From Eledone cirrhosa (Eukaryota): a stretch of 64,000 nt of DNA. The notes beneath the pieces were generated by a model. It ran no database searches, was not told where the DNA came from, and worked only from the letters and a program-made list of their open reading frames with translations. The position numbers and the translations under genes were made by a program. Where the stretch lies: contig OZ024740.1 of assembly GCA_964016885.1 (NCBI GenBank), positions 428,544,001 to 428,608,000 on the forward strand. Reading direction: 5' to 3'. Shown piece after piece: positions 1-9,529 of this stretch. Each line of letters starts with the position of its first letter. The first letter of the stretch is position 1.

Positions 1-18
1 TGGCAAATAAATAGAAAT

Positions 19-19
<1 letters not shown>

Positions 20-64
<45 letters not shown>

Positions 65-69
65 CTCTA
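20..69. repeat. (TATC)n microsatellite, target of the adjacent Tx1-like LINE
   Basis: Direct reading of tandem TATC units. Confidence 0.95.
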
Positions 70-1625
70 GAGGTATCCCCCTGGAACCAGGATTGAGCAA
101 AGCGGTGTCGGCCTACGCCGATGACGTAACAGTAATGGTATCGACCGACTTGGAGATCGAGGCGATCGGTACCTTACTGGAGGATTACGAAAGGTTGTCA
201 GGAGCGAAACTGAACCGGGAAAAATCCATCGGCTGCAACTCGGAACGTGGAGAGTCAGACCGATGCCTCCTGAACGAGGTTACGAACAAGGTGTTTGCAC
301 TAACCCAGAAATGGGCCAAGTGTAAGCTGTCCCTAAAAGGCCGGGCGGAGGTGGCGAACATTTACATAGCGTCCGTCACTTACTACCGCCTGACTGTCGT
401 GCCTTGCCCTAAGGAAACACTCACCACCATGGAACGCATGCTCTTCCAATTTCTTTGGAAGAAGCGCCCTCCTATGGTGAGAAGATCCATCTGCTGCCAA
501 CAACCTTCGAAAGGAGGGCTGGGGATGCCGTGGTTGATGATGCGTAGGCACGCATTAAGGCTACGGCACCTACAGGTATACCTCACTGGTCAACCGGTGT
601 GGGCTCCGTTCGTGAAACGAGCCTTTCCGAGACTCGTCTCGCTCACCGAGCTACAGTCCTGGGTCAAGCAAAGATCCGGAAAACTGGGAGACTGGCACAC
701 TGAGTGTGCTCAGGCGCTCAGGGCTCTCTGGCAAGCGGGCCAGGCCATCGGTGGAGAATCCACCTCATCATTCTATAGAGGGCTGGTGGCTAGCAGGGGC
801 GATGACACCCTTGGAGAGTCGCTGGACATGGAGAAAGACGAACTGGCCAGCCTGTTCGGTAGGACTTTCGGCCCAGGACCAATGGACAACTTCCAGAAGT
901 CACTGGCCTGGCAGTGCTACCGGGGGGCTCTACCCGTTCGAGAGAGGCTCTACAGACACGGGCGCCCGGGCAGGTATCCCTCAAAAAAGATTTGCCCTAG
1001 ATGCGTGCGTCACGAAGAAACCGTTGCGCACGCATTGGTGCAATGTCCGGGCGTGGCTGATCTGTGGGGCTACGCCGAACGACTGCTGTCGCGGGTGGCG
1101 CCGATTCAATTGACCGCCGAGTCCGTGATGACAATCAAACCGCCTCCCCTCTTCACAAAGGAAGCAAAGGCGGTTTTTCTGTGCGTAATAGCCATGTTGA
1201 AAGAGGTTGTTTGGTGGACACGATTGAAAGGTCTGAGGTCAGGCAACTTCCTCTCTGGCCATAGTCTGGTCTACTTCTTCCGATATCACTTCGGAAGAAG
1301 GATAAGAATGGAGAGAGAGGTGCTTGGCCACAGGCAGTTTTATGAAAGGTGGGTGATAGTGGCGAGAATGGCTCGTGTAAATGGGCCTTCTCTGTATACC
1401 ATCCTGTAGGTAAAGAAGTAAAGGAGAGGGGAGCACCTTCTCCATGTGCTCCCCGGGCAAAGGATTGCACACTTTTCGGGGGTGTGTGCAACCCCCATCA
1501 CGTCCCCTCCCTTTTGAGGTTATTTTCGATTATTTTCATGTTACACCCTTTTTACTCGATTGTATGTAAACTCCCCCTTTGTATTTGTCCCTTCTTTTTA
1601 TGCCTTTATGGTAAATAAAGAAATA
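70..1625 (+). mobile_element. 5'-truncated Tx1/L1-clade LINE (end of RT, C-terminal Cys/His domain, 3' UTR)
   Basis: ORF 93-1409 has SAYADD, LSLKGRAEVAN, GGLGMP and CPRC..ETVAHALVQC. The UTR ends TGGTAAATAAAGAAA. Candidate 14-bp TSD TATCTATCTCTCTA at 56-69 and 1626-1639. There is an internal deletion/frameshift near 230-272 relative to the copies at 16-18 kb and 26-27 kb. Confidence 0.92.
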
Positions 1626-1639
1626 TATCTATCTCTCTA

Positions 1640-1657
1640 TATATATATATCTTTCTC

Positions 1658-1702
<45 letters not shown>

Positions 1703-1739
1703 CTCTCTCTATCTATATATCTCTCTCTTTTTCTCTCTC

Positions 1740-1770
<31 letters not shown>

Positions 1771-1982
1771 CATCTCTTTCTCTCTCTCCCTCCATCTCTC
1801 TCTCTCTCCCTCCCACTCTTTCGCTTTCTCTTTCTCTCCGTCTCTCTCTCCACTTCTCTCTCTCGCCCTTTCTCCCTCTCTTTCTCTATATATCTATATG
1901 TATATATATAAACGTATGTATGTATGTATGTATGTATGTATGTATGTATGTATGTATGTATGTATGTATGTATGCATACATG

Positions 1983-2014
<32 letters not shown>

Positions 2015-2037
2015 TGTATGTATGTATGTATGTATGT
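1640..2037. repeat. CT-rich low-complexity tract followed by (TATG)n
   Basis: Direct reading. Confidence 0.95.
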
Positions 2038-2632
2038 ACAACCTGTCTCATGGTCGGGTCGTTGGCGACTAAACTGGCAACCCCACCAAGGTTTCTTGGT
2101 GAGGAGGGTGACTTTGGACATCTTGCAGGACTAAAAACAAAACCTGTCAAAGGGAAAAGGAGCTCTTAAGAGTCAATGGCCATCCAAAATCACCGGGAGG
2201 GATGACCCCTTAGCCTTTGTGAAGGCAGAATTCTAGGAGAAGGAAAACTCTGATATAACACCTGCAACCCTGATGGTATCCAATGATGTTGACTTGTTCT
2301 TCTTTTTGGTAAATATCATCTTGGTTAAGAGAGTGGGACTGGATTTGTGCAGTGCCTTTGTTCACTATAAAAGCTTCACTGCACAAGCATTGCTTTATAT
2401 CTGGAGATCTCTCTGCACTTGTCGTCACATGGTACCATGGGCCCAGCACCATGTGTCAATAATTGTCACAAGTATAGTGTTTGTACCAGAGTTTTCAAGT
2501 CGCTGGCTGGACTAAAAAGTCACACTCGTTCAGTGCATCGGTAGGGGTTCTCCTACATGGATATAAAGTAGTGGCCGTACTCGAAAACGAGTTGGCAGCC
2601 ACCATATATGTATGTATGTATGTATGTATGTA
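2038..2632 (+). mobile_element. Short non-coding element with RTE-like 5' region and (TATG)n tail (putative non-autonomous RTE derivative/SINE)
   Basis: Contains GGAGAAGGAAAACTCTGAT, which I recall from RTE 5' UTRs. Ends GGCCGTACTCGA...CAGCC then (TATG)n. A diverged partial copy follows immediately. Confidence 0.5.
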
Positions 2633-2880
2633 TATAACTTGCGGCTCAGTAGTTACCAATGATGTTGATCTTTTCTTCTTTTCGGGTTATAGCTACTGTC
2701 GCTCAGAGAGTGGGATTGGCTCAGTGTACAGTCTTTCGTCACCTTAAAAAATATCTTCACGCACAGGCATTGCACGATAGAATTAATTAATAATTATTAA
2801 TAATGGTATATCGTGCAATGGCCGTACTCGATAATGAGGGGGAAGCCATCATCTTCATGTATATATGTATGTATATATGT
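2633..2880 (+). mobile_element. Diverged partial second copy of the 2038-2632 element
   Basis: Shares CCAATGATGTTGA, AGAGAGTGGGA, CTTCAC..GCACA.GCATTGC and GGCCGTACTCGA.AA.GAG in the same order. Confidence 0.65.
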
Positions 2881-2999
2881 ATGTATTATGCATGTATATA
2901 TGCATGTATTATGTATGTATGAAAGTATGCGTATAGTTGTATGTGTTTGTGTGTGAATGTGTATGTTTTGTGTGCGGTGTGTAACTGCACAAAAGCAGT

Positions 3000-3056
<57 letters not shown>

Positions 3057-3061
<5 letters not shown>

Positions 3062-3744
3062 AGATAAGCAGAACAAGTAAAATTCAACCAATTTTTCAAA
3101 ATAAATCAAAATTAATATACAATTAAAATTAATCCAAATTAAAAAATATAATATAAATATTTACCTATTCCAATCGCCCTAACTGTACAGTTTCACGGTG
3201 CAAAACATTAAATATCACGAGGATATTAATGGAAAAGCAACGATCATCAGAGAAGCATTTTCCTGTCCTAGGGTTAAAAACCCCAGGAACGACAAAATAT
3301 ATGACCTCACTCCAACTAATACAGGTCTGAAAGGTCGTGAAAATGACCCGTAAATACATTGGTGTATAGTGAAGGCGGGAAATCGTAGACTAGCCGTCTA
3401 TGATCGCTAGTAAAAAAGATTTTTAGCAACTAAATAGAACGACAAGATTTCTCTCTACATACTGGAGAATTTTGAATAAGGTTAATATATATCTGAGGGT
3501 ACAATGTACCCCCGGAAATATATAGTGTGTCTATGATTTAAGGTGGTTCTATGGTAATAATTTGATATACCAGAACTTAATATCAAGATAAGCAGAACAA
3601 GTAAAATTCAACCAATTTTTCAAAATAAATCAAAATTAATATACAATTAAAATTAATCAAAATTAAAAAATATGATATAAATATTTACCTATTCAAATGG
3701 CCCTAACTGTACAGTTTCAAGGTGCAAAACATTAGATATCACGA

Positions 3745-3750
<6 letters not shown>
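3057..3750. mobile_element. (TA)n-embedded element with 170-bp direct repeats (Penelope pLTR-like partial tandem)
   Basis: 3057-3226 and 3581-3750 are near-identical direct repeats. Both outer flanks are (TA)n. A decayed hammerhead-like motif lies at about 3327-3366. Confidence 0.6.
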
Positions 3751-3779
<29 letters not shown>

Positions 3780-3809
3780 AAGATACTCAAGCCGGCCCTC
3801 ACAAAAGCC

Positions 3810-3886
<77 letters not shown>

Positions 3887-4005
3887 AGGAGTTGACGGAC
3901 CCAGAATATTTATCAATGCCTGGATCGGTTGTATCTCAGCGTACTCAATAGACAATGTAAGATACATTCCCAGAGTATACATATAGTTATTCGCTTGAAT
4001 ACAAC

Positions 4006-4062
<57 letters not shown>

Positions 4063-4069
<7 letters not shown>

Positions 4070-5071
4070 TTAGTTAAGCAAAACAAGACCACAAATTTCA
4101 CAAGGAAGACATTATTAAAAGATTGTCAACATATTTTAGTTTGATGTAAGGAATGTAGAGAATAATAATAATAATATTAATAATAATAATGTCCGTTTAC
4201 AATTGTTTCGCTACTCCATATTATATTTTTGGATCAGATGACTATATATCATAATTGATCTGGTTCAGTTGAAAATAATTAACATATTTAAAAGACAGTG
4301 CGGCTCATCGGAACTTCAAAGGAATATAAATTAAAATAATGAGAGAATGTTACATAATATAATGTTCCATATATTGGTTTTTACTATGGTGTCTTGGTTG
4401 CATCAGTTGTCAGCGATAATCAAGAAGTATTCATCTGTCGAGGCTGCATTGTGTGAGATCTGCCTATGGGTAACAAAATGGCTGCATATTTACCTTACTA
4501 ATTAGAGGGTGGTTTCAGGGGAAGTAACTCCTCGAGAGATTAGAAATTGTGGGTAGTTTATAGTTAAGTGCTAATTTTTAAATTTGTTTAATTGAGAGAC
4601 ATTGTAGGGGAGGTAACTTATAATTATCGAGTTGTTCATAGCAATTTAACTTATTATCTACAAGTAAAAATGGGGCTACATGACTAAGTTGGATCAAAAA
4701 TTCTATTGGCGAAGGAATTAGCCCTTCGATGTTGACAGCTAATGGTTACCTCCGTTCTATCGTTAATCGGTAGAGGTCGTTATAGAGTTATGTAATATGC
4801 TTCCGTAATACAGAGATCACTATGTTGACAATCTTTTAATAATGTCTTCCTTGTGAAATTTGTGGTCTTGTTTTGCTTAACTAATGAATATTTCCAGCTC
4901 TGTGCACCTAACTTCTGCATGAACCCAGCCACCTAGCTGCTTTCTACTGCATATTGCACATTGAGCACATGCCTTTACGCTTTGGCTTCTAACTAATTCA
5001 CCAATCTCTCCTCTCATATCTCTCCTCTCCTATCTCCATCTCTCGCTTTAATATTGGTTACTCTTGAACTC

Positions 5072-5075
<4 letters not shown>
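4063..5075 (-). mobile_element. Penelope-like pLTR remnant with a 71-bp inverted repeat and a hammerhead motif
   Basis: 4063-4133 is the exact reverse complement of 4821-4891. Hammerhead motif on the - strand at 4195-4314. Flanked by (TA)n. Confidence 0.6.
4195..4314 (-). ncRNA. Type I hammerhead ribozyme motif with long stem II insertion (partly decayed)
   Basis: Minus strand reads GTT-CCGATGA-GCCGCAC..(about 80 nt)..GAGTAGC-GAAA-CAATTGT-A-AAC. Palindromic stem III ACAATTGT and GUA triplet are present. U4 is C and stem II is imperfect. Confidence 0.55.
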
Positions 5076-5148
<73 letters not shown>

Positions 5149-5214
5149 TTTATTGTCTGTGACGTCGAAGTTTCGTGGGGTTTGAAACGGGGTAACTTTG
5201 AAAAAGGTGGGAAT

Positions 5215-5289
<75 letters not shown>

Positions 5290-5429
5290 TTGGTGAAAGG
5301 TAGTTCAGAGGTAAATCCAGTTAGTACACCGCCAGTCATCGTAGATTTACAAATCACAGAGCATATATAATACAAATAATAGTCCACACATAATACATTA
5401 TTTATTTGATTTACATATGTTTCATTCTT

Positions 5430-5476
5430 CTCGGCAAGCTTTCAACCCCTTCGTAGAGAAATCATCAGAGTCAATT
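5430..5476 (-). ncRNA. Degenerate minimal hammerhead motif
   Basis: Minus strand reads GACT-CTGATGA-TTTCTCT-ACGA-AGGGGTT-GAAA-GCTT. Core intact; stem I pairs poorly. Confidence 0.4.
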
Positions 5477-5691
5477 ATATATAACATAGAAAAGGTATTT
5501 ATTTACCGAACGTCATGAATTATCATTTGTGATATATCCATATCTACATACATACACACACACACACACATATATATATGTATATATATAAAACCATATT
5601 TATTTTATTATATATATTTCAAGGCCAACCAAGACAACATTGGTACGCTTTCATCAGATAAAATACAAAGTTTGTTTTATAAATAGAGACG

Positions 5692-5735
5692 TACCCATGA
5701 AGATCATACCTTATCGGTTGGAAATTCACTGGGTA
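5692..5735 (+). ncRNA. Decayed hammerhead-like motif
   Basis: TACCC-ATGAAGA-TCATACC-TTATC-GGTTG-GAAA-TTCACT-GGGTA. Stems I and II pair, C3 is mutated and stem III is lost. Confidence 0.3.
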
Positions 5736-6060
5736 GTGGAAATATATTAGGGATTCTTCAAACTTATGTGTGAATATGCAAATGAATATGTAAATAATTG
5801 AAAAACAACCGTTTATTTAAATGACACTGGAGAAAGATAGAGAAGAAAGAGCGAGAAAATATTAATATTACGAGAGAGATAGAGAGAAGATTGTAACAAG
5901 AGGATGAATAGAACTCATGCTTTCTAGCAACCAGCCTACTCGCCGTAAGCAACTAATCACATTCTTTCTAACTTGACTACTGCCACGTCATGATTCTTAG
6001 CCATTTTTTAAATCTATTTCTGGCACGATCGCTTTGGAAAATTAACTGTCCGATTGAGTC

Positions 6061-6149
6061 TGTCGCCTGATGAGTTCGTTACTCTAGATTCGTCCTTAAA
6101 AATAGGAACGAAACCATCTCAAAATACGAACGAAACCAAGGTAGAGATG
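6061..6149 (+). ncRNA. Type I hammerhead ribozyme motif with long stem II insertion
   Basis: TGTCGC-CTGATGA-GTTCGT..46 nt..ACGAAC-GAAA-CCAAGGT-A-GAGATG. Perfect core, perfect 6-bp stem II, GUA cleavage triplet, imperfect stem I. Confidence 0.65.
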
Positions 6150-6445
6150 TAATTACGGTATATACACGTTTCTTCTAAGTTTAAATTTACACCTAATTGT
6201 GTATGGTTGACGGTATATTTAGTCAGTTTCTACATGCTGTTGAAATGTTGGGTAAATACTCTATTGTGGTCACCGCGAAGAGGCCGCTTTCGGTTATTTA
6301 TCAAATATTTCTTCATAAGAGGTTTTATTCTTATAGCCTGGTTTAATTGATTTTTTATATGGTTAATTATGCTAATTGGAAGAGGAAATAGTATATATTT
6401 TATCTAATAATTCTAAGGACATGATTTATGATATATATATATATA

Positions 6446-6566
6446 TCAACGCTTACGTGGAACTCTCAAAATTCGTTGGATTTTCACCCCGAAATTGGAT
6501 ACCAGCCCTGAGTACATCTGAACTTCCACCAGGAAATCTTTCGTATCATTGAAATTTTCTTTGCTT

Positions 6567-6570
<4 letters not shown>
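6446..6570 (+). repeat. Left arm of a 125-bp inverted repeat (pairs with 8976-9100)
   Basis: Reverse complement of 8976-9100 with 2 mismatches. Each arm is bounded by (TA)n. Confidence 0.9.
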
Positions 6571-6643
<73 letters not shown>

Positions 6644-6854
6644 TTTACGTATCGAGAAAGAGAAAAAAAGGGGGGATAGGTGATACATATAGTTATTTGC
6701 CAAGTAGCGTATGCCAAGAGTGCTCGATACTAGTGCCGGCAGTATTAAATATTCGAAGTGTTAATATTTAGTGGGCTAGAGAGTTAGCAGAGCGTAAGCA
6801 CGTGGGAAAGTAAAAAATCGGAGAATAGACCGTTAAAACATGTTTATTTAAAAT

Positions 6855-6897
6855 ATCACCTACGTACGTTTCGCCCAGTTGGGCTTCTCAGGGGCAT
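6855..6897 (-). ncRNA. Minimal hammerhead motif in the pLTR of the Penelope-like element (variant core)
   Basis: Minus strand reads ATGCCC-CTGAGAA-GCCCAACTGGGC-GAAA-CGTACGT-A-GGTGAT. Palindromic stem III. The core is one change away from CUGANGA. Confidence 0.6.
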
Positions 6898-7187
6898 AAA
6901 TAATCACAAGTGTTCCTTATATTCCTCGGAAAGAGTTTTTGGGGTTAAATCCACATCACGGTTCATTGCTCGCAAAAATATCTTGTTTTGATTTTGCAGC
7001 AGGTCAAGGGAGGTAACTCTGGCCGGTGTTAGGGCAGTCTTTCCCGGACAAATTTTTTTTTTTTTTTTGCCGCATCCGTTTGTCTGAGGCTGGGTCTGGT
7101 ATGCAAGGATTGTTTCCTGGGTGTTATTTTGCAGCGCCTGCCCGCCGGGGTGTTAAGACTTGTTGCAGGGAGATCCAGTGTACTATT

Positions 7188-8072
7188 TCACTCTTCATCC
7201 TTAACCCATCTGAAGAAGGATATTTTTAAGCGATGTGTACAACTTATCGCTGTTTCAGCTCTGCTGTTGATGAGCTCGTGGGGTGCAGTTATGATGTGGT
7301 AGAGCTCCATGAGGCAAAGATCGCATTTCCTCTTGAAGTTGTACGGTGCAGCCCTGCCGACAATCTCCCAGTGCGTGGAGAAGCTGATGTTTAAGTCCTT
7401 TAGTGATGTGATGTAGTCCGCGAGCGAAGTGGAGTGCCTAAGTTTTCTATTTGTGAAAGAGTGGAGATGTGTTCGAAACCTAATTTTGAACGGGCCGGAG
7501 GTGGCCCCTATATAATGTTTAACGCTATTGTGGCTAGTAATAGTGCATCTATATATAACCCTATCAGTCAAGCAGTATCCTCTAAGGGGGAAGCGTCCTC
7601 TGTCGCGGCATTTGCAATTTCTGTCGCGGTTCCGTCTATTTCCCACGGTAAGGCTATCATTGTTGCTGCCTACGTTGTTACCTACGCTACCGCAGCTGTT
7701 GTTAGCACAATTACAACCCACAGCACGCGGGGTGGTGCGATTGTTATTCCGCACGTCATGTTCTGCATGTTCCCCAGTCATTTCGCGGTCATTCTGGTTG
7801 CGTCTGCGGATGCCGTTGCCAACACTATTGGATGCTGCCAGGGAGTTGTTAAGGCCGATATAGTTATTGTCAGGTGTAGGTGCGTCTGTGTCGAGGTGCT
7901 GTGTCTTGGTGATCTTACTGTGGTTCGTTGTTCCTATGATGTCTGCTAGGTTAGGAGTAGTAGAGAAGGATATTTTTATATTGTTCCTATTACGAATTTT
8001 TCTATACCTATGGTTGGGCGGGAAGTTCTTCTCTAAGGCTTCGAAGAACATCCGGGGTATGTTGGAGGCCAC
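7188..8072 (-). pseudogene. Penelope-like linker plus GIY-YIG endonuclease, fragment of a disrupted ORF
   Basis: VIYRCTI..HYIGAT..F..R..H..SF motif and C-terminal CxxC..LN.R.E..C.H pattern. Confidence 0.85.
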
Positions 8073-8692
8073 ACTCCGAGAGTAGTGGGGGTGGAACCAT
8101 AGGACGTTACGGTGGTCCTTGTACTTTTGCTACGGGTGGTTCCATCTAAGTGACCGCTCTTATGTGTGTTAATGCGCAGTCGCCCGTTCGGTGCCCCTTT
8201 CACTTTATGCTCGGGTGCACTCTTTCTACCTCTTCCATGTTTATGTACACGAAGATGTTGGTTGGAAGGAGTTGGTAGTTGGTAGTCGCCTTTGTTGGTT
8301 TTGTAATAGGGGAATAGTTTGAGTAATCTACAATGTTCACCGTCGCCGGGGACGTGATCTTTGGTGCGGTTATCTATTCTATTATATCCGACTTCAACGA
8401 GGTCGCCGCGTGATCGGTTATAGGTATGGCTTACTATAACGTTAGTTTTATGAGGGGGGTGGTTTCTAGAGCTAGCGTTAGGGATGTAGGAAATTCCTCG
8501 GTTAAAGCCGGCGCTTATCAGGGCTCTATTGTAGTAATCAGCCGCTTGGTTGAAGATATCCTCATTGGCGGATAGCCTCGAGATTCTATGTGAGATACTA
8601 TAGACTATGGAGTTGAGAGTCTGCTTAGGGTGGTTGGAGGCAGAATTAATATAAGAGAGGCACTCTCCAGGCTTATGGTATTTCTTGTATAT

Positions 8693-8810
8693 ATAGGAAC
8701 GTGTAGGACCCCGACGGCTGACCTCAAGCCGTTTCGACGGCTAATTCTGAGTCCAGAATTAGCCGTCGAAACGGCTTGAGCTCAGCCGTCGGGGTCCTAC
8801 TCGTTCCTAT
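8693..8810. mobile_element. 118-bp near-perfect palindrome (MITE-like hairpin)
   Basis: 57-bp arms with 2 mismatches around the loop AGTC. Termini TA-GGAACG...CGTTCC-TA. Confidence 0.7.
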
Positions 8811-8886
8811 TACCCACTCTACTACCCTAAGTATTGAGTACTTTGGTGCGTTAATGTCCACCTGGTTCCTTACCACATTTCCTTCG

Positions 8887-8975
<89 letters not shown>

Positions 8976-8979
<4 letters not shown>

Positions 8980-9100
8980 AAGCAAAGAAAATTTCAATGA
9001 TACGAAAGATTTCCTGGTGGAAGTTCAGATGTACTCAGGGCTGGTATCCAGTTTCGGGGTGAAAATCCAACGAATTTTGAGAGTTTCACGTAAGCGTTGA
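8976..9100 (-). repeat. Right arm of the 125-bp inverted repeat (pairs with 6446-6570)
   Basis: Reverse complement match to 6446-6570. Confidence 0.9.
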
Positions 9101-9114
9101 TATATATTATATAT

Positions 9115-9320
9115 ATGTAAATGGTAAACAGAAATAACAACACAATCGGTACAGTACACGTTTAAGTTAACGCCTGATATAGCAGGAAGAGGGTCTTAAC
9201 GTTTCGGACACTAATCCTTCATCAGAAGAAAGAAACCGAAACAAGATCAAGCGTTAACCTAATATATCCCTTCCAATATACTGTACCGATTGTGTTGTTA
9301 TTTCTGTTTACCTTTTACAT
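9115..9320 (-). mobile_element. About 200-bp fold-back element enclosing a hammerhead
   Basis: Perfect 34-bp inverted repeats at 9123-9156 and 9279-9312. Inner 13-bp inverted repeat at 9166-9178 and 9246-9258 (1 mismatch). TA-rich flanks. Confidence 0.7.
9194..9229 (-). ncRNA. Minimal type I hammerhead ribozyme
   Basis: Minus strand reads TCTT-CTGATGA-A-GGA-TTAGTG-TCC-GAAA-CGT-T-AAGA. Intact core, paired stems I and II, palindromic ACGT stem III typical of Penelope pLTR hammerheads. Confidence 0.75.
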
Positions 9321-9344
9321 ACATACATAAATATATATATATAT

Positions 9345-9526
9345 CATTAGGGGACAGCCTGCTACCGATATAGCACTATATTTGCAGGCTGTCCCCGAAA
9401 CGAATTTTCTATTATCTATCCGCTGTTTTTCTCTATCTCCTATCTTCCATTTTATGTTTGGGTTCAACGTAATCCTGTTACATAATTCTGCAAATAACCC
9501 CTGATGAAAGGCCAACAATTGTGGGG
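9345..9526 (+). mobile_element. pLTR-like remnant with two decayed hammerhead motifs
   Basis: A 13-bp stem GGGGACAGCCTGC/GCAGGCTGTCCCC is followed directly by GAAAC (9350-9401). CCC-CTGATGA-AAGGCC-AACAATTGT-GGGG (9498-9526) has stem II collapsed. Confidence 0.45.
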
Positions 9527-9529
9527 AGG

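Larger units (their letters stand above)
6641..8692 (-). mobile_element. 5'-truncated Penelope-like element, Naiad-type (RT thumb, linker, GIY-YIG endonuclease, pLTR)
   Basis: Minus 8690-8470 reads YKKYHKPGECLSYINSASNHPKQ..ISRLSANEDIFNQAADYYNRAL. It continues VLWFHPHYSRSVASN..FPPNHRY..ISFSTTPN, CKC..PLRGYC, VIY..YIG and CDLC..E..INSRAE..CTH (ORF 7188-8072). Sits in (TA)n. Confidence 0.88.

Noticed and set aside
93-1409. 438-aa ORF as an intact or domesticated gene
   Set aside because: It is a 5'-truncated Tx1 ORF2 that begins near YADD and stays open only through a compensating frameshift and deletion.
5645-5660. TCATCAG as a minus-strand hammerhead core (also at 10818-10826)
   Set aside because: No stem II followed by GAAA in the correct position.
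1560-6703. ORFs rich in YI, MYVC, SL or HTYI
   Set aside because: Translations of (TA)n, (TATG)n and (CT)n microsatellites.
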